Assembly (NCBI GenBank): GCA_016748015.1
Contig: JAAOMT010000518.1
Coordinates: forward strand, 124,001-188,000
DNA from: Geosiphon pyriformis uo1
Taxonomy: Eukaryota > Fungi > Glomeromycota
Length of the DNA: 64,000 nt
Direction: 5' to 3'
The notes beneath the pieces were generated by a model. That model did not search any database. It was not told the origin of the DNA and worked only from the letters and a program-made list of their open reading frames with translations. Both the position numbers and the translations under genes were made by a program. Shown in pieces: positions 13,689 to 26,114 of this stretch. Within the stretch, counting starts at the first letter, position 1, and each line of letters begins with the position of its first letter.

Positions 13689-13939
13689 AGCGGGGTTGTT
13701 TGTTGATGAGACTTTTCTTATTGATCTTTTACAACAATTTATATCGTCAAAGTATCAAGAAATGACTGGAGAACCAGTTTTTTAATGATGATGATATTTC
13801 TCGAGAACCAGGTTTGAAATAACTCATCAAATGAGAGCGGTATACATTCTCAATGAATGGTGAGCGTCGCAGAGTATCGAGAATAAAGGGATTTCTGTAT
13901 CAATCTCCAATTTGTTAAGACACCTAAAGAACAATGAGG

Positions 13940-15203
13940 TATCTGTATGAGTTGTTGCATTCATCCGAAATAAGGACCTTGATTGGCCAAGGAACCTTCA
14001 GTATACTGCTGGCCGCTATTGCAATACTGCAACGCACAAATTTAAATTTTTCGATAGTAAACCATCAACCATATCAAATTTCTGATGACAATCACATAAT
14101 TGGGGAGGGATCCAGTACTCAACACTTGAATGGACATTTTTTTTGATGTCACTGCAAACTGGGAGACATGATCATTTGTGTGCGTCACTCGCAAAACAAA
14201 TCATGTTCATTAAGGCTGACCATATGTACAAATCCCCGCTTCACCAAAAATTTTCCATCACCACCGGTGTAAGCTTCCAATCGGTATAAGGCTCCTGGTA
14301 AGGTAGCGTGTGCTAAGTTAATATTTTAAAAACACTCACTTTTTTAAAGCATAAATGAAATTAAAAAATGAAAGCTCTTAAAAATCACAAATTTTTATAA
14401 TTTTCGAAGTGCTTACTATCACCTACACCATGCCCAGTCAAGATAATCGTTAACTAGCTGCGGATTAACTGGAGCTTTCCTGGCAACCATCACAACCCTT
14501 TCTATCTTTGCAAAAAGTTTCCCTTCCATTGAACATACACGATCAACGAAAAAACTTTTAAATCTTTGGTCACGCGTGTTCGATGGCCGAAATAGTTGAA
14601 GAGTTTCCGCAATATCATATTTAATTAAAGCTAAATCTTTTTTTCCATTCTCTAGCGATAATTTTGGACCACGAAAATACACGACAACTCTCTATGGTCA
14701 CTTTTTGTCAGAAAAAAATCAACTGATTATAAATTAGAACAAGTTTAAAAAATTCTTAAAAAAAAAATTTTAACCATCAAGGACATGAAAACTGCCAATT
14801 GTCCCATTCTTAACAAAATTTGCCATGTTTAGGTATTTACTTGACAAAGTTGTATTGCTTTGACTATATAATTGTTTTAAAATTTTAGATCGAGCCTCGA
14901 ACAGGGATTGATTTGTTGCTGGATTGAATGCATTTGATTTTATAATATTTTTGAATTGAGTTTCTTGTAAATTTCTATCTAAAAATATTCATCAAAAAAG
15001 AAAAGCTGAAGCATGATAATAATTTAAACCTTATTTTTTAAAAAGTTTTAAAATTTCTTGTATTTATTTACTCTTTTCGGGAGTTTCTACGATTTGAAAG
15101 ACCTCATAGGCCGTATTTTTAAGTATTCTCTTATCGAGAGATAGAAAGGAAAGCCAGAAGATAATTATTATAATGAAGGTGAGACCTAAATTTTTTTGGG
15201 ATA
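13940..15203 (-). pseudogene. Inverted, internally deleted pseudogene copy of the adjacent lipase-3-like gene
   Basis: The reverse complement of ~14800-15203 is near-identical to 15439-15840, including intron 1. ORF 14419-14682 matches exon 3 (YFRGP..ALIKYDIAETLQL.RPSNTR.QRFKSFFVDRV). Remnants of RVTHTND, VEYWI and EGSLAN.GPYFG extend to ~13960. The ATG is missing and there are frameshifts. Confidence 0.85.
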
Positions 15204-15422
15204 AATCTCTTTATTTAAATTCCCAGAAATAAATATTGTCGATCACACCTTATGACTGTAACAATAATAAAGAATAAAATTTATGCATTTTGTGGGAAAT
15301 AATAAAATTACGCTTTATTTTATTTTACCTCATGATATAAATAGATAAAGATACAGCCATATTGTAAAAAATTTTGCGAATCAAACTTACTCCCCGTGAT
15401 CAAGGAAAAATATTTTAAAATT

Positions 15423-17100
15423 ATGATGAAAGGGATTCTATCCCAAAAAAATTTAGGTCTCACCTTCATTATAATAATTATCTTCTGGCTTTCCTTTCTA
15501 TCTCTCGATAATAGAATACTTAAAAATACGGCCTATGAGGTCTTTCAAATCGTAGAAACTCCCGAAAAGAGTAAATAAATACAAGAAATTTTAAAGCTTA
15601 TTAAAAAATAAGGTTTAAATTATAATCATGCTTCAGCTTTTCTTTTTTTGATGAATATTTTTAGATAGAGATTTACAAGAAACTCAATTCAAAAATATTA
15701 TAAAATCAAATGCATTCAATCCAGCAACAAATCAATCCCTGTTCGAGGCTCGATCTAAAATTTTACCACCATCATATAGTCAAAGCAATGCAACTTTGTC
15801 AAGTAAATACCTAAAAGAAATGGCAAAATTTGCTAATATGGCTTATTGCCCACCCAGAAACAGCAGGGTCAACTGTTTTGCTAAGCATGGGATAATTGGT
15901 AGTTTTCATATCCTTGATGGTTGAAGGTTTTTTTTTTTTTAAGAATTCTTAAACTTTTTCTAATTTATTATATAATTAGTTGGTCTTTTTTTGACAAAAA
16001 GTGATCTTAGGATCGAAAGAGCAGATTATTGGAGAGTTATTGTGTATTTTCGGGGTCCAAATATATCGCTAGAGGAATGGAAAAAAAGAGATTCAGCTTT
16101 AATTAAGTATGATATTGCGGAAACTCTTCAACTATATCGGCCATCGAACACTCGTAACCAAAGATTTAAAAGTTTTTTCGTTGATCGTGTATGGTATGAA
16201 CATGTTCAAACAATCCTAACGGAAGGGAAACTTTTTGAAAATATAGAAAGGCTTGTGAGGAGTGCTAGGTAAAGATGGCATCTCAATAATTTGCAACTTC
16301 AAATAATATATATGCACTTATGTAATGCTTATTTTTATATTCAAAATCTCATCTTTAGGAACAGAGGATCCATATCTAAAGATATAGATATACGATTTAT
16401 TGGGCATGGTGTAGGTGGTGGTAAGCACTTAACAAAATTTATAAAAACTACGGAATTTTTAAAAGCTTTGATTTTTTAATTTCAATAATTTTTGATGCTT
16501 AAAAAAATTCAATGTGTTTTTAAAAATATTAATTTAGCGTACGCTACCTTAGCAGGAGCCTTATACATGTTGGAAGAGAAAAAATTTTACACCGAAAACA
16601 GTAATCTAGGTCTAACTCCCCCATTTCCTGACCGTACGCGGATTTATACATTTGGTCAGCCTCGAGTTGGGGATAAACTTTTTGCATGGTTTCTCAATCA
16701 ATATATTCCGATTTCGCGAGTGACGCACACAAATGACTATGTCTCGCAGTTTCCAGTGGGAACAATTGAAGAAAGAAAATATTTTCATTCAAATGTTGAG
16801 TATTGGATCTCACACGACTCATGTGATTGTCATAATAAGAATCTAAATTATTATCAGCTGATTGAATGCAATGTAGATAACTCACCTGGTGAAAATCCGG
16901 TAATAATTCTGATGATTTACTCTCGAAAATTTGAATAATTCTTATTGTCATTTTAATTTTGTACGTTGCAGCATTGTAACAGCGGCCAGCGGTATACTGA
17001 AGGCTCCTTGGCTAATGAAGGCCCTTATTTCGGTGTAAAAATGGGTGAATGTAATAAGGGCATGGAAGATATATTTTCTTTACCCAATTGGATAAATTGA
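15423..17100 (+). CDS. Class-3 lipase-like alpha/beta hydrolase, probably catalytically inactive; exons ~15423-15570, 15665-15919, 15980-16268, 16359-16420, 16538-16899, 16972-17100
   Basis: N-terminal hydrophobic segment, then the motifs FANMAYC, VIVYFRG, IRFIGHGVGGAYATLA, IYTFGQPRVGD..FA, RVTHTNDYV, YFHSNVEYWI and GPYFG. The exons splice in frame. Confidence 0.85.
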
Positions 17101-18081
17101 ATTTGCAAGATATGTTGATAACAAACAGAGTAAGACACAGAGATATCACAGTTTATCATTATCATTGATAAGATCACCTTAATAATAATAACCAGGGTCA
17201 TGAGTTTAATAGATATGTTGCAAAAATCAAAGATTATGCTGGGGGCCTATTTTGATTATGCCTTTGGTTCAACATCCTAAAACTTTTATAATGAGAATTT
17301 TGAAAGCCATGTTTTATTTGAATGCCTATGAAATAATCACTATTTAACTCTCAAAATACTGAAATGAAAGTGTAAATGATTTCTAGTAATAATAATAATT
17401 TGTTTTCTCATAAAAATGGCAAATTTTAGTTGCATTTCCAAAATATTTATTATTCCTTTTTCAAATTTTCTTTCTTTAGCAATTTTTTAAGACAAGCAGA
17501 AAAGTCACCGGGAAATTTTGCAAAGTTGGATTAGAATCGTTTTTCGTTTGGAAATATATGTCTAATATTTTAAATCAGATTTTTTAAATAGGCTTGACCT
17601 AATACAAAGTTTTTAAGACAACCACCTCATTGCAATCAATTGCAATTCTAACCTTATTTTTTTATATAAACTTGAACTCCTCAAATGTTTTGCATAATGC
17701 TATTTAATTTAATTATATACATTTAAACTAAACATGAAAATTCTACGTTGTTTTATTAACAATTTTTAACTCGAATTTTTAACCTAAAAATTATTAAATA
17801 TTTATTTTGACAAAAATTTAATAATTGTAAAAGCCAATAAATTAACTTGAAGTAAAAATTTAATTATAATTATTAAGGATGTCATTCTTTTGAGTTCAAA
17901 ATTTAATTAGAATTTAAACCACTTTTGTTTTATATTATATTATATTATATTGTAATGTTTTTTTTTAAAATTTACACTTTTATTTTTAATATTAATAAAT
18001 TGCTGCTTAAAATTATATAAAATATAATAAATTTTAATTTATTGAAGAGTTCCAATGATATTGATTGAAGAAAATAATTAA

Positions 18082-18176
18082 AATTACGGCACACCGCAAT
18101 ACTGACAGGGCCGTCAGTGTCTTAATTTCGGAGATTGGAGGGGTTCCGGTGCTTTTCACTGTGTATAGCCGTAATT
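18082..18176. other. GC-rich 95-nt fold-back element (candidate structured ncRNA or MITE)
   Basis: Terminal inverted repeat AATTACGGC/GCCGTAATT encloses two hairpins: ATACTGAC/GTCAGTGT and TCGGAG..TTCCGG. Confidence 0.4.
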
Positions 18177-21100
18177 AAAATCTTTCCAATTATTAGCTAT
18201 TTGTTCTGAGCTGATTGAAAATCTCATTTTTTGAAAGCTCATTTAACTAATTTGAGTCCTATGTGTAGAAATAAATCTGATACTATTAGCTATTATAAAT
18301 GACTTTTACAAGTTACCAAGTTTTTAAAATGATATTATAGATAACCTGACAATATTAATATCACCTGAAAACCCCCTATGATAAAATCGCCTTTTATAAT
18401 TATTTAAAAATATCATTTTTTTCATTTTCTTAAAGAAATTTTACATCTTTAAAGTTTATCTGCAATCTAGAGAATTCATTCACGAGCTATATTATTTTGA
18501 CGCCAAAGGTTTTTTCAGAGAGAATATTTGACTGTACACCAAAATACCTCTTATTTGCAAACCGGGCACTTTTGAGCCAATGTTATTTAGTCCTGTACAG
18601 TCTACAAAATTTATTAAACCTGGAGCGTTGAGAATGGTCGCATCATATCTCCTAATGTCGATTAACAATTTCTTTTGTGATTGTGAACGTTTTATAGTTT
18701 GATTCGTATGTATTGGATTTTGTTTTTTAAATGTCTCTGGAAAATAAACACATTTATCTATTAAATAAACAATCCTAATGATATATTCTATATCTCACAT
18801 GGTTTTCATTCTTCAAGAATTTGTTTCTTTCTTCTTTATGAACATTTATGAAATAAAATTCAATATATTTACTTATTTATTTTTTTAAATATTTCTGGGA
18901 ATTACAAGAAATGTTCCATCAATTTTGAGATTTTAAGGTTTTCCCACACATAACATAAATTTCATTTTTATCAAAAGAGCATTCGATAATAAGGAGCATG
19001 CTACGATAATTGAATTGAAACTATACAATATTCGGTAAAATTTCTGAAAATTCTCGAGGAATTTTCTCTAATGTATTCTATAATATATATCTGTAAAATT
19101 CCTGAATTTTTATTTTTATATTATTAAATATGAAGTTGATATATTAATCCATTTGCTGGATAAAGCAAGTTTTCTAAGAAATAATTATTGATTCAATTTT
19201 TAATATATTGAAAAAACATTTTTTTTATAATTATAATTCTGTTTTGGATTCTAAATCTTTGTTTATAGTATATATAAATTGACTGATAATATTTTTGAAT
19301 TGTTGTATCAAATATGGTTTTTATTTTAAATAGTTTATTACTATATTGTTTTTGAAAAAACACTAAATATTATCAAAAGTTTTGATTATTTTTTGAATTG
19401 TTGTTAATACTGTTTTGGTATTAATTTTACTGTCAATAAATTGATAAATCTTTAATAAGCTAATTTATCTTTAAAGTGTTTTCTATATTTTAAATTATTA
19501 TTGTCTGTTGAACTTAGGATAAAATAGTCAATTCTGTGCTAATTACTTTGTTTAGTTATTTTACAATAAAAGTTAACTTTTCTACAGAAATTTTTATCTA
19601 TAAATTTTTTAATAATATGTAATTACTTTGCTATAAAGTCAACTTTTTTACAAAAAGTTTTGATTATAGACTATTTAATTATAATAAAAATAAAAAATAA
19701 AAAAATGTAAAAAAAATTGTTTTTAATTTAAAATTAACTAAGTAATTATTAAATTTAAAAGTTAATTAATTTCAGAATATTAATTAAATTGTAAGTCTAA
19801 AACAGTAATAATTAAAAAAAATTATTGTTTTTAAAGTATAAATTTATTGAATTAAATTATAATAGCAAATTGATTAGTCTAAGCTGAAATATATTTTCTT
19901 AAAAAAAAAACTCTTTTTTTATATAATTTGTTATAATACTATTTTATGCTTTTGTAATTTTTTTTAATATTTCAATAAATTAAAAATATATTTTAATAAA
20001 CTACAAGTTGTTTTTACAAATTATTAATTATTTTGATAAACTATTAAGTATTTTATTAAATTTCTAAATATTTTAATAAACTTTTGAATATTATATAATT
20101 TAATATATCTAAACTGTTCTTGTTTAACTATAAGACTGTTGTTGGTTTTAATATTGCTATTATAAAGAAATTTACTAAGAGTTCTGGCTCTGGTCTTACT
20201 AATAAAGATGTTTTTTTTAAGAAAAAAAAAGAAAATGCTTTGAAAAATGATTTTGTTAATAGAAAACACTTTGCCAAAAAAGTAGTTAAGTGTTCTTGAG
20301 GGTTTAAAGTTAATAATATTATTAAGTCTAATAGTGTTAATATAAAAAAAAAATTTTGGGTAAAGAAAACTAATATAAATTATAGCAAAAAAATGTTTTA
20401 AAAAAGAAAAATATAAACTAAATACCAAAAAAACCTAGATTAGTAATTAAAAAAGCTTTAAGTATGTTTTAAAAAAAGATCAACTTTCTGAATAATAATT
20501 ATAACAATAATATTTTTTTGGATTTTCTTATTATTTTTTCTTTTTCTTTTAAAAATTTGATCTTAGTAGCTGTTAAAAAATTCTTTACATTAAATATTAA
20601 TTTAGATATTATAATAAAAAACTCATCTTAGGAAAAGTTAAAAGTGATAAAAAAGTTGTTTTCTGAAATTAATGATTTTGAAAAAAAAATTATTTTTTTA
20701 AAATTTGCTAAGATTATCTAAGTGTTATTTACTTCTGAATTAAGTTTGATACAAGTGACTAAAAAAACTAAAACTGTAAATATTTTGGTAAATACTGATT
20801 TCAAAAGTTGGCTGTATACTTAAATTGAATTGTAATTATTAAGAAAATTCTAGTAAAAACATATATAGAAATTGTATATATTGTATTATATAAATTTAAA
20901 ACAATTAAGTCAATTAACATGTAACTAGTAAAGCTATAACAGAAAGCAGTTATAAAATTTAAACAATTAGATTATACTAATTTGGCTACAATAAAATAAT
21001 TTATTTTGATTGAAAAAAATATTGTATGGATTACTAAAGTTAACAAAAATAAAAAAACATAAAATGCTAAAAACAATAATAGGGCACTGCTTTATACTTT

Positions 21101-21469
21101 TTTTATAAAAACAAATATACATAATCTTTAATACTTTTTGAAGTCTATTAATAAAAAAACTTGTATTATAGATCAAAATTTAATTATATATGTCAAAGCC
21201 AAATGTGTTATAGTGTATTTTAAATTAAAGTTTGTATTAAATACTGTTTTTAAACCAATATTAATATTAAAGAATACTAATTTGTATTAATTTTCTCTAA
21301 ATTTAGCCAAATATGCCAAATATGAAAAATTAAGTCATATATTATACTATTAATAGAAAAACTTTTTTTGGTAATTTGTCTTGTAAGATTTTTTTAAAAG
21401 TAGATAAAAGCAGGCTAATAACTATTTATGTCAAATAATCAACTTTTATTATTTATTTAGTGTTTTTGG

Positions 21470-22336
21470 TGTTACGGTTTAAGAATTTAGCAAAAAAAAT
21501 TATAAAAATAATATAAACTATTCAATCATAATATAGCACAGTAATAATCTTAGAAAGGTAATGATTAACATAGTAGCAAACACCATCTTGCGATAGTGGC
21601 AAGCACCAGTTCACAATAGCAGCCAACACCAACTGGTGATAGCAGCAAGCACCAGGTTGAAATATCAAAAAGAAAGTATTTTCTCGTAGAACTACAAACA
21701 TGTATATATACAGTAGTTTTAATATTGGGAAAGAATCAATCAAGTAATAAAAATCATAACTTATCAAGCAACAGATCCAATTTTATCCAACAAACCCTAC
21801 TTTAAATCATACTTTCAAATTAAATATCCCAAGAAACCTTTAAAAATCAAAAAGAAATGAAAAAGAATATTTAAAACAGAACTATCACAACCCAAAGTAT
21901 TAAGAAACTTACTTGTATTATTTATTGAATGAAACTATCATTCATCAACTAAATCCCTTGGAAGAATAATCCTTGATCAAGATTATTCACGTTGCTACTA
22001 ATTGATAAAAGCTTTATTGTGAGAATTAGAAAAGCGCTAAAGACCATTAACATTCTGTGTTTCTAGATTAGAGAAACACATCAGGCAATTGCAAGGATAG
22101 CCTCAGAGAAGACCCCAAACAGTGGGTAGATTTCAGTTCAGCCTCTAAGAAGGAGTACATAAACACACACAACAATCAAGAATTAAAGAATAACTTACAT
22201 TGCAACAGTAAAAAGAAAGCCTTCAGTGTAACAGTGACATTATCACACAAATAGAATTAAGGAACTCACCAAAGACTGATTGCAATTAAAGCAGGATATC
22301 AGCAATTAAATATAACAAGAAAACCATCCCATAACA
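21470..22336 (+). repeat. 5' LTR
   Basis: Direct repeat of 26115-26981 with TG...CA ends. Confidence 0.95.
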
Positions 22337-22338
22337 TT

Positions 22339-22356
22339 TGGTGAACCCTACGAGGA
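22339..22356 (+). promoter_or_regulatory. Primer-binding site
   Basis: TGGTGAACCCTACGAGGA starts 2 nt after the 5' LTR and is complementary to a tRNA 3' end (..TCCTCGTAGGGTTCACCA). The tRNA was not identified. Confidence 0.8.
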
Positions 22357-22418
22357 AAGAAAATCAAAAAGGAAATAATAATTAGCAATAATTCATTGCT
22401 AAAAAGGAAAAGACAAAA

Positions 22419-25400
22419 GTGGCGACAAAAACCTCTAATCTTACTGTTCTTGAATTCTGCCGTGCTATTTACACACAAAATCAAAGTGATCTTAGATTAC
22501 CAGAAGGGTGTTGTCCAGCAGAATCTGCTCTCACTTATTATATCAACGCCAGAATAAATTATCATATAGGAAAGGAAGAAGAACCACACGATGCAAAACT
22601 TAGATTGTATAGAGAATTATCACAATACACTACAAAAGAAGTAGCAGTAATAGCCGCAACTATTGTCAAAATCCATCGAGAAATTGAGCAATACGCCAAC
22701 GAAAATTTTCCAATATCTACAGGAAACACTAGGGAACGTGCCAACAAAACCAAAGAAAATTTAGAAACTAATCAGGAAAGTAACCAGATGTGTATAAGAG
22801 ACAGCCGACTCGTGGTATCAAAGCCTGGAAACAAAACCCACGAGCTTCGCCGAATTTAAAAATGCACTCCTGGAGTATTTTAGCGACCCAAATGCCGTAA
22901 TCCAACTACAGAACGAATTCAATACTATCAAGCAAAATACTGGTGAAACTGTCACCCAATACCTTGCTCGATTCAATCAAATTCGCCGTCAGATTGAAGC
23001 AATTGAACAAGGATACTACACTGATCCTCAGGTTTTAAATCAGTTTATTAGAGGATTAAAAAGCAGCATTTTAGGAAGAGTACACCCTGCCCACCCTAAT
23101 TCCTTACCAGAAGCCGTTACACTCGCCAGAGCCCTTGAATCGGCTGAGAAAAAAGCTAACCATAGTCAAATGGTTAACATGGTAATGGAGGAAAATAAGA
23201 CAGAAACATTAGAGAAAAGAGTAACGCGATTAGGGGAGGAACTCTCTAAGAAAATAGAAAGTTACCTCATCCCGGATCCGAGAAAAAATACATACCAACC
23301 ACCTCAAAGACGCAGCCAGGAAGTCAGCAACAGTCGAAATAATCGCTCGTCACGCCAGGAATTCAGAACAGAAACACGCACCTGCCATTTTTGCAAACGC
23401 ATAGGACATTTGATTAGTCAATGTCGAATGCAAATGATGCAGGAAGCATGCGAAAATAATTACTATGCACCACTCCAAATGCCCAGAAACCAGTACACGC
23501 CAATACCACGCCAATATCTCACCACATATCAAAATCAAGGAGCTTACCAGCAACAGCCCATGATAGCCAACCCGAATTGGCATCCCGAGGCCTGAAATCA
23601 GCCCATGTGGAACCAGAACGCGTTGGTCCAGAGGAATCCAAACCGCGCCGGAACCAATCAGCAAACCAATCCAAACTACCAAAATTATCAACAAACTTAC
23701 CTTAATATACCAGAAAACCTGATCATCGGAAACAATGACGGTAGAAACATAAACAGAACCAAGAATTCCTCCAAATTGAGCCAGACAATACCACCAGCAG
23801 TTGCCACCGAAGATAGCAGCCTCGCAGCTATTTTTCCTTTTGAATTAGAGGAAAACGAGGCTATGTTCAGTGGAGCAGCATTGGACGAAAAACGCCCAAT
23901 TACTGCTATGTATACGGAAGCCACTGTAAACAATACCCCAATCAAACTTATCTTAGACAGCGGATCCGCTGGAAGCATCATAACGCTTCAACTAATAAAC
24001 CAACTGGGTTTCAAAGTTGATCATGCCACGATGTCCCAAATCATAACAGCCGATAGAAGTACAAAGCTGCCTTATGGCGAAATTGACTCATTCCCTTTCG
24101 AAATTAACAGCATAGTAATACCTACAAAAGTATTAGTAATGGACACTACACAATATCAAGCGTTAGTAGGGAATGACTGGCTAACAAAAGCCAACGCCAC
24201 CTTAGACTGGACCACCCAAGAGCTTCTGATCAATTATAATGGCCACCAGGCCAAAATTCCAGCCACCTGTGGCCACTTCCAAAAACCCAGCGCCAACCAA
24301 AGACCTACCTTTGAATTTGAGGAAAATCCAGCACTACCAGCCATTGAAACCTATCAGCTCTCTTGGGCTGATGACCAAAAAACAGGACTACCAGCCGTAC
24401 CAACGTGGACCAGCGAAGAAAAATCCGAATGGAACCAGGTAAGTTCACAAAGAAACCACCAGCGACGCAGACCAAAGCTAGAATGCTCGGTTTGCAAGAA
24501 GAAACTCTCGTCTATGACTGCATGCAGCGCACCAGATGAAGACCCAAGAAACTCCACCCACTACTATTGTAACCGTTGTAACAAAGAAAAATACGGTTAC
24601 TCAGAAAGACACGGAAAATGGGACGAGAAACCGTGCCTCGCTTGTGGAGAACCGTTATCAAGAGGGTGCGACTAGAACGACTTACCAGGCAGAGGAGAAA
24701 TGTGTGACACAACTTGCCAATACATGATCCTCATCTGTGACTGGGTAAGAGGAGGAACGCCGTTCGAAGCAGCGTTCAACAGAGCGTTAAAAAGACTACA
24801 GCACTACTCACACGATGAGGACAAGTTGTACAACACCGCACAAGCCAAAGTAAGAGGAGGAACCGCCGAAGAAATACAACGTTGGAAAGAGTCAGCCGAA
24901 GTAGCCGACGAAGTCGCCAACTACAACATGTTTGACCCAGTGGACGAATTCCAGGACTACTACCAACAACTATGCCCCACTCGACAAGAGCAAGAACAAT
25001 ACCTCGCCCAAATCAACACTTACCTCTGCGAAAACTGTCTCATCCCATGCCAAAGTCAGTGCTATGAAGAGTGTCAAGACGAAAGGGACTTAGAAAGAAA
25101 AATGGAAATTGAGAATCAGCAGTCTCAAAATCAATTAATAAATCAACAAGACTCACCTGACGGTCCCGAGTCAGAAAAATTTGTAGCCTATACTGACCTA
25201 GAACAGGTGACTGACATCCGATACTTCGACAACGGGCACTTAGGAATAATACCCGAAAGAGCCCATCCAACCGACGCCGAATTCGATCTATGTTATTCGG
25301 AAGACCAATCCACAACGTTACCACCCAGGAGCATCACCAAAATTGACCTAAAAATAGCGGTTGAAATTCCGCCAGGAATAATGGTTCAAATGGCGTCGCG

Positions 25401-26022
25401 ATCAAGCTTCGCGAAAAAAGAAATAAGCGTTTAAGGAGGAGTAATTGACTCCGGATACACTGGAAATTTGATGGTTTTGCTACAGAACAATTCAGAAAAG
25501 CCTTATACTATTGAATCTAAGGAAAAGATTGCACAAGCAATTTTCCTACCATTGGTAAAAATTGGGAAATTTGTGCCAGTGGAAAATCGTGAGGAATTGT
25601 CACAAACAACGAGAGGAACTTTTGGTTTCGGATCGACAAGAAAAAGAATTGAAGCGAATTTCACTGAAACAATAGAGGAAAAAGGCGAAGTAATTAAAAA
25701 TGAGCGGTCCATCACGCTCCTACCATATGGAAAATCAGAAATAAGAATAAAAAGGACAATTAAAGAAAAAGACCTAATAATTGAGCCCTACTCAGAAACT
25801 TGCCAACAGTTTCTTATAGGACTTACTAACCTTTTTATTCCAGCTGATAAAGCTCAATAGATAAAAATTCCTATTGCAAACACCACAGAAGAACCTGTCT
25901 ACATTTCGGAAGACACCATCATTGGATACCTCGGAACGGAGCTAGAAAACACGTCAACACCACAAGAAATTCTAAATTTCCCAGAAATCGCCCTCTACTG
26001 TGAACTCACTTCAACAAATTAA
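22419..26022 (+). pseudogene. Gag-protease-dUTPase polyprotein remnant
   Basis: Capsid-like ADSWYQSL..LQNEFNTIKQ..ETVTQY..F, knuckle CHFCKRIGHLISQC, protease LILDSGSA and dUTPase motifs DAEFDL, ASRSS, GVIDSGYTG, IAQAI, RGTFGFGST. ORFs starting at 23170, 23605, 24700 and 25468 share one frame broken by single stops. Confidence 0.9.
22786..22804 (+). other. Tn5 mosaic end / Nextera adapter (assembly artefact)
   Basis: Exact 19-mer AGATGTGTATAAGAGACAG inside gag, at a point where the frame changes. Confidence 0.95.
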
Positions 26023-26099
26023 TAACACAGTATTGAACCACTATAGTAACTTAGAATTTAATGAAGAAATTAACTTCAATTTTGACGGAGCTCAATCTT

Positions 26100-26114
26100 G
26101 AAAGGAGAGGATAA
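26100..26114 (+). promoter_or_regulatory. Polypurine tract
   Basis: GAAAGGAGAGGATAA lies immediately before the 3' LTR. Confidence 0.8.

Noticed and set aside
18300-18800. Possible gene remnant on the minus strand
   Set aside because: GC is slightly higher, but there are multiple stops and no recognisable motif.
21570-21654. Repeat-spacer mini array as CRISPR
   Set aside because: The variable parts are only 7 bp and the array is duplicated in both LTRs, so it was treated as an LTR subrepeat.
21522-21767. ORFs 21522-21767 and 26167-26412, and 50639-50821/59515-59697, as duplicated genes
   Set aside because: They lie within LTRs and are duplicated only because the LTRs are.
22786-22804. Genuine bacterial Tn5/IS50 insertion or horizontal transfer
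   Set aside because: The sequence is the engineered mosaic end, with no transposase and no second end, so it is a library artefact.
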